Below are positions 50,032 through 62,200 of a DNA stretch of 64,000 nt, piece after piece. The notes beneath the pieces were generated by a model, which made no database searches, had not been told where the DNA came from, and saw only the letters and a list, made by a program, of their open reading frames with translations. Made by a program: the position numbers and the translations under genes. The stretch comes from Raillietiella orientalis (lineage: Eukaryota), in NCBI GenBank assembly GCA_036172245.1, contig JAYWIR010000029.1:1860001-1924000 (forward strand), written 5' to 3'. Position 1 is the stretch's first letter, and each line of letters begins with the position of its first letter.

Positions 50032-52236
50032 TCCTTCCCCCCCCCCCTCCGCGCCTCTCCCCCTTTTTTCTCTTTTTTGTTCTCGACGAACTCGTGCTGC
50101 CAGTCGAAGCAAAGTGCACACTTAGCCGTGTCCACGGAAACGTCGGATTCCCCCGCAATCCGTACATGGCACGCGATGCATGTACACCTCGAGTGCCACC
50201 GTGAACCAGTGAAGCACCGGAGTAGTCCGAGGGGGAAAAAAAGCGGGTTGTCCTGGCGACGAGGAAAAAAAGGAAGGAACCGGGAACGAAAGCGTGAAGG
50301 GGCCGCCTTCTGCGACTGATGCTCCTCTTGCACTGCCCCGTGCATCTTCGGTTAGTACAACATGCACAGATGATGTTGAATGCCGTGCTTTCCCGTTCCA
50401 CCCAGCGGTGATCCCTCGCTGCCTCGACGCAATATGGCGTTCCTGACTTCCCTGCCGGCTGGATGGTAACTTCAGACGGTGGTTCGGGGAGAGGGGGCGT
50501 GACTAACTTGCTGTTGATGACTTTTTCACGAATTCGAGCACACCGTAAACACGCGCTGTTGCCCGGCCGGTATGGCAGTTTTATTGCATGGGTTCCTTCC
50601 GTTTTGCGTTGCATCCCACTCGCAATAAAATGCTCCAGAACTTTCCCTGCAGCATCGGCGCCCTCATCCGTTAATGACTTCCTCTTCTGTTCGTGTGGTG
50701 CGATTCGACTTTCACACCGTTCTGCGCCTGCTGTTATGCTGAAACCGCATGGCTCCATCCATTCACTGACTGCAGCTTTCATGAAGTGCGTGCGTGGGCA
50801 GCGTTTCTCGCTCGAAGAGCCCCACTTCCCTTAATGACTGCCTGCTATTACAGTGTTTCATTTTGCGTTCAGGTTCAGGAGAAAAAAATCGATTTCCAGT
50901 TCCCTGCTTTTTCTTAACGCTCGTTAGGTGCAGAGCTTCCTCTCGAGTTCTCACTCTTCACTGAACAGCAACCGAATCAGAAGTCCGAGGTCTTTAACAG
51001 CTTCTACCCTAAAGTTCAGCACTTTTTTGTGCACCGTTTTTTTTTTTTTTTCTTTCTTCCCGTCCTTAACCTTCCTCCCCCTTTTCTTCTTTTGCGCCTT
51101 CCGTCCTCTTCTTCCCCCTTCCCAAGCTTAGATTTCATTTTCCCTTTCCTTTGCTCCATCCAACTTTCCGTTCTTCCCAGTGTGCATTTTAAGGAGGAGT
51201 ATTCGTTGGGGCCCCGAATAGTCGGCAAGAAACTGTGGCATGACGAGATGGAATTCTGTGCACCACTTATTCCATCACTTTCGTTGGTATTCGCGCCAGG
51301 GGCAAATCCGAACGTTCGCTGCTTCCAGGTATTAACCCTATAGAGCTTTCTTACATCAGTATTACGAGGAATCATTGGAAGTTTATGGTTTTGTTTCCGA
51401 TGATTTTTCGCCTTTTTTTCAGGGGGGGGGGGGGGGGGTAAACAAATTTGCCGAATTGCCCACGCATACGTGTAAGCCAGCGCGGGTTGGGCTCCATCTC
51501 TGCGTGTCCTGCATCGTGTTTCCGTAATTGCCGACGCACTAATCCCCTGGGAACATGGAAAAGTGCACTCAGGAATTCTCTTAACGACCGCCTGGCAAAC
51601 TGAAGGGAAATTCGTGAATGGGCAGAACCAACATGTAAGGAAGAAGGCGTGTTTACGGAGCTGGAAAAAAAAAAAAAGTGCGCGCGACTATCGGGAGCAT
51701 CCGTGCTCCCAATTCGTGAGGGGTATTTAAAGAACACAAATGTTTCATCTTTTAAATTTAGAAGAATACTTGCTTTTTGTCTTTCCTTGCTGTTCAGTTC
51801 AACCGCGCATTCCTAGGCAGTGGGTTCCTTGGAAACGCTATCAAAATGCATCAAATTGAGCGTGGAAGAATCCGCTTGAAAACGTTCTTGCAATGTGGCA
51901 GGCGTATCATTTATCTCCTGATGCCTGTTTGGTCCAGCGGATGTGTTATTTGTTTCTTTTTTCTTTTTTTTTGAATATGTGTGAAGATCCATCATCTCCG
52001 CATCTCATCGTCGCTGGGTTATCCGTGGAATTTTTTTTTTGTTCTTCTTTTTACTGCTCTATGATGATCAGTGTAATCTAATAACAAATTATTTTTTCAT
52101 ATAGCAAGTCTACCTTTAACTGAGAAAAAAAAAAAAAAAAAAAGCCTGTTTTAATAACAGCCCAAGGTCGCACTAGAGCGTTATTTGAGATTCATATGCA
52201 AAAAGAAGCACACGTTTATGTTTTTCGTCAACAGTC

Positions 52237-54888
52237 ATGTGGGATTGTACTCGAGAAGATATTCGGAACCAACTTCTTTGCATATACAACCAGGATTTTC
52301 CCTTGGAAATCCGTTACTACCTTCACGACTGGATCGAGCGCCAAAACTGGTAGGGATCCTCGGTTCGCTAACGGGACGCAAATAAGTCCCTTCAGGAAGG
52401 GCTTCGATTCCTCCAACGCACAGCACAAGGTTTCTGCCATGCAGCTCCTGCAGGCACTTATCCAGCAGATAAGGTTGAAAGTCAATAGCCTGGACATTCC
52501 TATTAAAATAAAATTGATGGCAGTCGCCGATAGATTGGAGGCAAGTTCTTTGGCCGCAAGTAACAAGGAACATTGCTTTGGTAGACCCAGTACAAAGAAA
52601 ACCCATTGGCTTTCACCAAGTTGGTGAGCAACCTGCTGGAAACAGAAAAGCAGCTTCTGGAAACTGCCGCAGATCCCGCCAAGTCGGACATGGACGAAAC
52701 CAAGCTAACGGCCCCCATTCGGAACTGCGAGCACCTGCAGAAAGTATCCCAAGAGATCAACGTCGGTCTCCGCATGCTGGAGCAGGAACAAGGGGAGTGC
52801 ATTCTCGCGTTCCATACGTTGAAGAACTGCAGTTTCGGTAGGCAGGAAGGATTCCCGGGTGACCCGGGAGAAAAAGGGATCTTCCAGAATCGAAGTCTCG
52901 AAGCAAAGAAGCGCTGCAGCTGTTGAAGGACAAGCTGAAAGAAATGGAAATTCACATCGTGAAGCAGCGGAGCCACATCAAGTCCCTGCTCCTGGACGTG
53001 GCTTCCCAGGTGAAGGCTTCCTTGTTCAGTCTGGTGAACGGGCCGTTGGACGAGTGGAAGAGGCAGCAGAAACTGTTCGGGAACTGCTCGCGCGAGGCCG
53101 ACGAAACCGACCGCAACCAGACGTACTGGAAGCAGAGTCACGAGCTCGACGTCATGCAGAAGGGGTGCGTGATCCTTACCGCCGGTTTGGAAACAACGGG
53201 GGCAGGTGCGAAATTCTAGCCGAGATCCTCTGGCAGTCGCGGCAGCAGATCCAATATGTGAAGCGGCTCAGGGAACAGCTTCCTCTGATTTCCGAGGACA
53301 GCGAGGCGGCCGCGATCGCCAGCCTGGAACACCAGTTCACGCTGTTCCTCAGCACCCTGATGTCCAACGCCTTCGTCGTGGAGAGACAGCCTCCCCAGAT
53401 GCTGAAGACGAACACGAAGTTCGCAGCCAGGGTCCGCCTGTTGGTCGGGGCCGAGCTGAGCCTGAAGCAGGCACCCCCGCAGGTCGATGTCTCCATCATC
53501 AACGAGATGCAGGCGGAAGCGATCCAGAAGAACGAGGGCTCGTCCCTCAACAGCAAGAGCGGCGAACTGCTGAACACGTCGGCGCAGATGGAGTGGGACG
53601 GCGCGAATAAGCGCCTGGTGGCGTCCTTCCGCATGCTGCAGCTGAAGAAGATCAAGCGCTCCGAGAAAAAGGAAGGCAGCGAGGCGGTCACAGACGAGAA
53701 GTTCGCCATCCTGTTCCGGTCTAGCTTTCAAGTCGGCGGGCTGCAGTTCAACATCTGGACGACCTCCCTTCCGGTCGTGGTCGTCGTCCACGGAAACCAG
53801 GAAACCCACGCGATGGCGACCATCTACTGGGACAACGCCTTCTCGGAGACCAACCGCGTCCCTTTCCAGGTCCCCCATTCCGTCCCCTGGCCCGCGCTCG
53901 CCGAGATGCTGACCGGGTTGTTTGCGGACACCTGCGGGCGCGGGATCAGCGAGGAAGGCGTGGGCTACCTCCAGGCGAAGCTGTTCGGCTCCGCCGCGCC
54001 AGAGTCCGCGCCCTGCACCTGGAAGCACTTCTGCAAGGAGACTTTGCCCACCCGGACGTTCACCTTCTGGGAGTGGTTCTACGCCGCCCTCAAGCTCACC
54101 CGCACGCACTTCCGCAGGATCTGGCGCGACGGGCTGATCATGGGTTTCGTGACGCGGGACAAGGCGATCTCGATGCTCGCCGACAAGAATCCAGGCACAT
54201 TCCTGCTGCGCTTCAGCGACTCGGAAGTGGGCGGCGTGGTCATCACGTGCAGGAGCACCAGCGACGTGTTTCACGTGGCCATCAGCTTCAAGGAGCTGCT
54301 GCAGCGGACGCTGGCAGATCGGATAATTGACGAGGGACACTTCAAAACCCTATATCCCTCCGAGGACAAGTACCGCTGCTTCTCGCACTATTGCAAGACC
54401 GGTTAGCCCGCGGGATGGGATGGGATCGCGCGCAAACGTAACCCTGCGATACCCTCTTTTCTTTATTTTGTCGCCAGAACCTTTGGACACGATCTCTTCG
54501 GACGGCTACCTACGCCAGGGTCTCGTCTCGACCATCAAAGGGTGAGTTCCCGACCCTCTCCCCTTCCCCGCTGCCTCCCCTTTCGTCGTCGCGCCACGTG
54601 ACAGTCCCGGTGCCTCCTCCCTAGGATCCCGGGATCCCAGCTGCACAACGAGGACTCCGCTTCCGGAACTCGCGATTGCTCTTTCGAATACCCGAACGTC
54701 TACAGCACCGCTTCTTCCTCCGGGTGAGCCTTGTCTGCAGGGTTCCCGCCTGCCTCGCTGACCTCACTCTCCGAACCAGGACCTCCCATTCCCAGGACGA
54801 CGGTCTGGAAGCGAACATGGTGCTCGACAACGAGTTCGGACTCATGGATGAGGACATGGACATTTCGGCCATCTTGGATTTTTCGTAG
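52237..54888 (+). CDS. STAT: STAT transcription factor, STAT5/STAT92E type; exons 52237-52349, 52396-52540, 52585-52837, 52888-53164, 53206-54401, 54478-54541, 54625-54723, 54780-54888, 751 aa
   Basis: N-domain FPLEIRYYLHDWIE.QNW, coiled coil LDEWKRQQ..CEILAEILWQ, DNA-binding VERQPPQMLKT..SLPVVVVVHGNQE, linker FTFWEWF, SH2 GTFLLRFSDSE.GG, phospho-Tyr DGYL (TAC 54507-54509), acidic tail; exons sum to 2256 nt in frame. Confidence 0.95.
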
Positions 54889-55499
54889 CTTTTCCTCACG
54901 CGGGCCAGGAAGGGGACACAGCGGGCGGGAACAGACAGTGTGGATCGCCTGCGACGAGGTGCCGGGTTGCGCCCCGAGCCGTCCTCGCTGCATCCAAGAA
55001 GGATCGCGCCGGCCTCCACCTTAGCCTGTGGACCTGGGAGCCCGTCCGCGTCCTCTGCCGCCGTCTGCAGCACGCGCCCCGACGCCGGGAATCCGATCAC
55101 CTACGCGACCTTTGTGCGTCTCTCTCCCTCTCGTTGCTCTGGAAGTAAAAAAGAGAGAGGAGAGAGTACTTTTTAATCTTTTTCGAATCGGGAACTCCTC
55201 CGACGCGTCCAGGAAGGCGAGTTAACAGCGAATCCTCATGCCATGGGATCGACCATGACCCGAATCCCGCCCTCCCCTCTGCAGTTTCCGCAGACGAAAG
55301 AAAGAAGAAAGAGGACACCTGGTCGCGTGCGGCAGACCGACGACCCGCGACCCTACCGCCGCGCGTTTGGGTTAGCCCTCGCCGGCACTGGCGCCATTTT
55401 CCCCGCGAAGAAGAACGACCCGCAGGAGGCTCTCCGGCAATGCCACCGCTTCCGACTTTCTCCACCTAAAGGGACGCGGAGCCACCTTCGACTACTCCG

Positions 55500-56300
55500 C
55501 ATCGGTCCCGATGGCGGGCAAGAGCTCCGCCGCTGCAGACGGAAGCGGAATCCGCGCCTTGACGTGGGCAAAGATAACACGCCTTGTGAGCGCGCTGCGG
55601 GCGAGTTTGCGGCGGCAACGTGGCGCAGTCGCGCAACCCGACTCGTTGCTCAGTATCTTCTGGTTGCCGTATCGAGTATTTCGCGGGGCTACCATTCCCG
55701 CTTCCGGCGCTTGGCGGGTGCTCCTTCGGGGATGCTTGCTCCCGGTGATCCCTGTTCGAATGGGCCTCTTCGTTCCGCGGCCATGGTTATGTGTCTCCCC
55801 GTGGCAGGCCACGTAGAAAGACCTTCCCTGAAACATGAAGATTGCGCATTCCGCGGTACGCAACCAGTCTGCAAGGCGTTTTACGAAACGAGGAGAGGAG
55901 AGGCTTGGCTTTCTCCGAGGATGGACCCCGCGGGGTTCGTGAATCGGCTCGGGAGCGCCACCCGCTGTGGGGGATGCACGCTGCCATAGGAAAGCGAGGC
56001 TGAACCTGCGATCCGCTCGTGATCCCTGCCCGCATCCTGCCCTGCAAAATGCTTGGTTACGCCCCTCCTCGGATTTCCCCAGGAAAAAAAAAGGCAGGAA
56101 AGCCATGCAGCACCACTTTTCACCGTTCCTCTCCCGAAGAGGTCGAGGATCAAACTGGTCAGCTATCCGGGAGAGCAGGAAGAAGTCCTCGTTTGCGAGC
56201 AGCAGCAGCTGTGTCTACAGGATGACCTTACCTTGAACTTTGAATAAATCAGTGCTGCCGACGTGCGCGAACTTTCGGTCACGTGACGTAATCGGGCCTG
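55500..56300 (+). mobile_element. Decayed LTR-retrotransposon integrase fragment
   Basis: QYLLVAVSSISR (YLLV.VD.FSR-like) and SNGP (SDNGP-like) within ORF 55243-55989; catalytic Asp residues are lost. Confidence 0.5.
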
Positions 56301-57449
56301 TTGAAGTCGCTTGGAGAGTTCCCGTCGCATCCGTAACTCTTGAGATTTCTTTCCAGAAAAGCCTTTTTAACCCGCCCGGTTTTCGAAAACCATTGATCAA
56401 AATTGAGCGGGTTGCCCTTAGGCGAGAGGGCCGCGTTGTGAGGCCCATGAGGGGGATAGAGAGAGAGAGGCAAGTCGCCGTATTTGGCCTCTTTGGAGGT
56501 TCCCCACCGCTTCCTTGCACGAGGCCCATTCCAGAAAGAGCACCCGGCTCAACTTCTCACGGTCGACGTCTGCGGAAGCAGCAGCATAAGTGTGGCGCCT
56601 CCAGAGTTCCTAGGATTCGCCCAGTGGGCATTTCCAGTAGCAGCTCCCCCGAAGTAGCCTTCCCGCTCTCGACCCGACAAGTCCGAATTTCAGGACGAGC
56701 CGTCTTAGGACTCTGTCGACATTCTCGTTATCCTTCTCTTGGAGTTGGGTCACCGTTGCCTTTCTTTCTGCCGTTCTTGCGATCCTCGGCGGGATTTCTT
56801 TAGCCTGCAGCGACACGAGTGTACCGAAACTCTCCCCACCTCACTTGAGGCTGATTGCTGGGTGTGGACTGGGGGGGTCTGTTCTTTCGTTCGCCTCCTT
56901 AAGGCGGCGCGCTTGTGAATTTCTCCCCTGTGATCCGCTCCTATGCCTTCCCCATCCCCTAGACTCGAGTGGAATCTAGAGACAGCGAATGTCTTCAGTT
57001 TCTTCCAAGCTCTGATGCACATCTCCAAAGATAACCATCCTTCAAAGACGAAAGGTGTTAACCAGTTAACGATTCGGATTCATCGCATAATGCACAGCTT
57101 CGCATGAAAAGTTCGTCCACCGGGTAATCCAGACATCAATATTGCCATCACATTCAACGCAGAAGACAAAGCGACTAGTAATTTGACTATAGAATAAACA
57201 ATGTTTCCTATGAAGTGGCTGTTTAATTGTTGCCCATTGCTACAGAAGGATAGCCTCTGTTCTTATCAGTTCCAGTCGTTTCCAGCTGCCCTTTTCCAGT
57301 TTGGACTTTTCATTTTTCACACCCTTCCTGATAAAGATCGATTGGTAGTCTATCTACACTTTTTAGCCATTCTTCGAGCGACACATTTTTCTTCCCACGT
57401 TTGAATATTTTTATCGACACTGCTGCTGACTTTACACGGGACACGTCCA

Positions 57450-58500
57450 GTTCCTCCGTTGCTCAATTCGAGCTCACTTTGTGAGGGAATGTCTCCATCT
57501 GTGCTCCACCAACAGGGCAGGCTCGCTCGCTACCCCCAGGGGAAAATTCGGCCATTGGTACGCGCATGCAAGTCACCACGTTCGATTTTTCATACCCGCA
57601 CACTTTTACGAACACATGCAGTGACCGCGAAAAACACTGGCAGTGTATGAACTCTGCCCAACGTATGGGGAAAGAGAAGATTTGCTCCCCACCGCTTGCG
57701 ACAAAGATCCCAACACACCGACGTTAATCCGTCAGCTTCTTCACAGCAAACACTCATTGCGTTGACCACAGAAGGGATTTGTACGTAAACTGTGTTCCTT
57801 CCCATAAGCAGATACTGCTGGCACGTCCCTGGCTTTCAGTCGGCATGGACGGGTGGATCGGCGTGCAGTAAGGGCAATCAGATTAAGCCCTGATTCCCTA
57901 AGAGAGCGAGGCCGTCAACTGGAAGAATCATTCCTCCTGGAGCAGGGGAAATGTGATGGTGCTCAGCGTTCGGTTTGCTGACGCAGCTTTCCCACACAGG
58001 TGTGCCACGAGACGGCGTGAACACCTGCTCCACCAGTGGTAAATGATCCCCAGAAGGTGCAAAAACGGGAGCAGCAATTATCGAGCTTCCTCCCGGCAAC
58101 GTTGGCAAAGATACAGCGGGCATGGCGTTCTTTCGCGGAAGGCATGCTCGGGGCCGCTCGTCAATTCACGCTGGCTTGTCGGACCGTTCGCGCTCGCAAC
58201 TCTTGTGGAAACTCCCGCGTACATCCTCGGTACGGACAACTCTCCCGAGTACGTTTTTCCCCTGATGGCACTTCACGAATTTACCTTTCCGTACAGATAA
58301 CAGCGTACACTGATCGATTTCGCCTGGAAGTCAACGGCGCTGCGGTCCGCTGAAGTATTGCCATTGCTTACACGCGGGGCACACGGATCGCGTGGGAATC
58401 CTTCGCAACTTTGGTGAAAACGGCTCCCGTGCGTTGGAATGGCAGACGAAGATACGTTTGGCGAGTCACGGTTTTTTCAATATAACATTTTTCATGGTGG
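57450..58500 (+). mobile_element. Second decayed Gypsy-like integrase fragment
   Basis: G.L..P....P.-like (~57515-57560), H-P..G..-R (~57925-57970) and N...S..G..P (~58015-58050) segments in integrase order; weak. Confidence 0.35.
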
Positions 58501-58808
58501 CTACTACGGCTTTGTTTTTGCCTTAGCTGTTCCGTGTATCATCATCGGTAAGCACCATCGAATAACGTTGTAGGGCTTCAAAGCAACAATCCGTCAGGAT
58601 TCTTTGTGAAGAAACTGTTAGGAGGTCTGAAGCAGAAGGAACGCGCCCGCGAGGAAAAGCGCAGACTGAAGAGCCAAAAGAAGAAAAATTAGCTGTAATC
58701 TTATTTCACGGACCTATATTATGATGCTGTTTTGAAATAAATTTATGATGAAATCGCGTGAGATGATGGTTTATTATGAAAGGGTGAAGGTACCAGCATA
58801 ATGACACA

Positions 58809-58817
58809 CTATTTAAG
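58809..58817 (+). promoter_or_regulatory. TATA-like element upstream of the neuropeptide gene
   Basis: CTATTTAAG about 45 bp upstream of ATG 58859; position only, no transcript evidence. Confidence 0.35.
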
Positions 58818-58858
58818 GTTCGCGTTTGATCAAATTACGGATACAGCGAACTGCCAAT

Positions 58859-59156
58859 ATGAAAGGTAGGCATAACCAAAAGAGTGTGCTTAATTTCCAA
58901 ATATCTCTCAGTAACACTGATGGTTCTTGTTACAGCCCTATCAGGATCATGGGCTTTGGGTACACATTTTTATTCTAAGAACACGCGCAATTCCGTGCCT
59001 AGATTGGGACGACGAAGTGATCTTCAAGAATCATTTGACCAGTGGCCTGTGGCTGATGCAGAGGAAACACCTCAGCCAACATTTAAACTCCTGACATGGT
59101 TACTGTGGAGGTATTTAAGACATGAAGCCAAGCATGTTAATCAGGTAAGTCTTTAA
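58859..59156 (+). CDS. ETH: PRXamide neuropeptide precursor, ecdysis-triggering hormone/carcikinin-like; exons 58859-58865 and 58912-59144 (59156 if unspliced)
   Basis: MKVTLMVLVTALSGSWALG signal peptide directly followed by THFYSKNTRNSVPRL-G-RR (amidation Gly plus dibasic site); matches the F-F/Y-x-K...VPRL/Iamide ETH pattern; 46-nt phase-1 intron. Confidence 0.8.
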
Positions 59157-59201
59157 AGTGGATCCTAGATAATCTCCCATAGAAAATTGCAAACAATGGT
59201 A

Positions 59202-62200
59202 TCACTCATCCAACACAAAATTGGGATGACAGACCAATAGAGGATCATCAGCCTGCTCCTCCCCTATGTGGGCTTTCTGCGTCAAAGGAATGATTACCTG
59301 ATCCTGATGAAAACAAAACATGTGATGAGAAATACAAATTTACACTCACTTGATAAATCAGCCTATCAAGCACCTTCTCCACCAACAGCTTACGTTGCAA
59401 CAGTTCAGCTTCTGATTCCAGTTCAGCTTGTATTTCATTCAGGTACCAGTTGACCACCTGGCTACGACGTAAACCTGCTTCACCACCACTTTCTGCCTTC
59501 CATCATTAAGTGCCAATTAAATTGCGTTTTTTACCTTCTTTGGCTTCTTCAGCACGTAGATGCAATACTAGCAAAGTGGACATGGCTTTGTACTCTTTAA
59601 AAGACAATCTTAAAATATGACGAGATGAATCTGGGGTCCGTGGTGTTGGAGGCAGACCTTTGAATAGGATAGATAAGATAATTCCAGGGAAAAATATACT
59701 TACTGTCATGATCCTCACTCATCATGGTGTCATTGGCATCTGCATCTTCTTCATCCTCAAAAGCTACATCAGGCTGCTCCACACGTACCAATGATTTACT
59801 CAGTAGCCGGCATGCTTCCCTTGCATGGCGTGGAAGCACTTCATCACAGCAATGAAGCCTAGCCATCGCTTCCGAAAGACGTATCATAGATTCTAGCTGC
59901 CGCACTGTGACCCGCCATGCTGAGCGAAATGAACCACCAGCATCACGCTGACGCAATTGTCGGTACTGTTCAACCAGATACTTGCTAGTGCTGGCTGTAA
60001 TCCGAGGTCGGAATTGGCGGGCAAACAAGAGATAACGCTGAATCTCCTCAGTGGTGTACACTTGTTCCAGAGGACGGCCTACACCACTATGCAAGTCAAC
60101 AATGCGCCTTGCAATAGCATAGTCTGTCACCTCATTGCATTCATCTACCAGCACAAAGAATAAATCAAACCGTGACATAATAGGTGCTGAAAGAGCCACA
60201 TTCTGCCGTAAGGACTTTGTACGATCATAGTGACCACCAACAGGATTGGCAGCAGCTAGAATAGAAGTGCGGGCATTCAAAGTGGCCTGTACTCCAGCCT
60301 TGGTGATGGAAATGGTTTGTTGCTCCATAGCTTCATGTATGGCCACCTGATCTCGCAAATCCATTTTGTCAAATTCATCAATGCAACAAACTCCTCCATC
60401 AGCTAACATCAAAGCACCTGCTTCAATCACAAACTCTCCAGATTCTTCATCTCGAACTACAGCAGCAGTTAAACCAGCTGCACTGGAAGCTTTTCCTGAT
60501 GTGTAAATGGCACGTGGGATAAAATCAGCTACTCTCTTTAGCAACTGGGACTTTGCTGTACTAGGATCACCAACCACACAAACATTTATGTCCCCTCGAA
60601 GAGTAGTTCCTTCCTTGGTATGTTTAAGCACACCACCAAATAACATGAGCACAATGCCTCGCTTCACTTCATCATTTCCATGCACAGCTGGAAATAAGGA
60701 ACTAACTAAATGTTGATACAAGTTTGGATTTCTGCTCATTTCATAGACACGAGCCCATTCTGCGTCAGTCATTTGTCTTCGAATCACTTCTGCTGTTAAT
60801 TCTTCACTGCGGAAGTCTTGCCCACCTAGCTATTCTTCCTGAATTAAATCTCACCATCACTGCTCATACTTACTCTGATATGAGTCGGAGTCACACTGCA
60901 TGCTAGAAAGGCTAGGCGATAATTTAGTTCCCGCACACCCAAAGCTTTTAGTCCTCGAATGCCTTCAACTTCACGACCATCTTTCTGCTGCTGAGTATTT
61001 GTCTCAGAGCGTGCACCAGGTACAGACAGTGCACCAACATCAGGAATCACAATTAGAGTTCCTGTGAAATCACAACGATCTCCTGCTTGTGCCAACTCAA
61101 CAGCCTCAGCTCTCAAAATTACCTCAACACTTCATAACTTATTAGATTTTATGATGAGAATGCAGTCTTACCTGCGAGGAATGCACCCTCTGGGCAATTC
61201 AGATTGTGTTTCTTGAACCCGAACCTTCTGGAAGTCAACGAAGCGTGATTTACTGACTTCCAGTGAAAAACGAGTTCTGTTTTGACACACTGGATTGGCA
61301 CAAATGGTAGGTTGAGTATACTGACAGAATTGATTCCAGTGATGTTATACAGCACCACATTACCTTGAACTGTTGTTCCACATCTTTCATCTGTGTCTGG
61401 CAGTCCAAGCATGTAAATGTACCACTAACTAACTCTGGATGCACTGGGTGGGTGCGGACTACTTGACCAGCAATTTTCAACAAAGTTCCCAATTTTGTTG
61501 TGGAAAGCTCACGGACTTTATGACGCACAGGAACATCCACAAAGCTCACATAATATTCCTTATCGATGCGAACTTTCGCCTTCTGATGGACAAATTGGCA
61601 TACTGCATCACATAAATATGGATAAATTCTGGGAGGGAAGAGGAGGAGAAATGACAATAAAAAGTATTAGGGGTCTCTTTATGAATCTTACCGATAGTAA
61701 TCCTCTAGAATTATGGTGGATAATGTCTGATTATATTTTTCTACATCTTGAAAAGAAACTTGCAAAGTTTTCCTTTCTGGTTTGATTAATTCTTTAGCAT
61801 CCTCCAGATAATGCAATTCTCCCTCTACTTTGAATCTAGAAATAAATCCACATAAGAAACTGAAAAAACATTTAAAGATGTTTTTGCAATTTATCTACAA
61901 AGAGAATAATTTTGAACCCATAACTCTATTTTGCGAAAATTGTACACAGAACCAATGCACCATGAAACTGATGAAAGAGCAGTCAGACTCATATAGAAAC
62001 ATTTAATATTGCACACCTTAAATTTATCATCACAAACATTTGTGCTTTATTTCAGTATCACACCAATACTTTGTTATTGCATAAGGAGTTGAAACATTTC
62101 AAGATTCAGACATAGAAAATTCTTACTAAATTTGCTCAAAGTTCTCTACTTTACGTTTCTTTTTTTATAATTGTAAAATTCTTTAAACATTAAACACATA

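Noticed and set aside
49662..50782. 227-aa and 330-aa minus-strand ORFs
   Set aside because: They run through microsatellites and homopolymers, with no recognisable domain or codon bias.
48700..52200. STAT autoregulatory sites (TTCN3-4GAA) upstream of STAT, e.g. TTCCTTGGAA near 51826
   Set aside because: A few matches to so short a motif are expected by chance in 3.5 kb; no clustering.
53216..54340. 374-aa minus-strand ORF
   Set aside because: Antisense shadow of the GC3-rich STAT exon.
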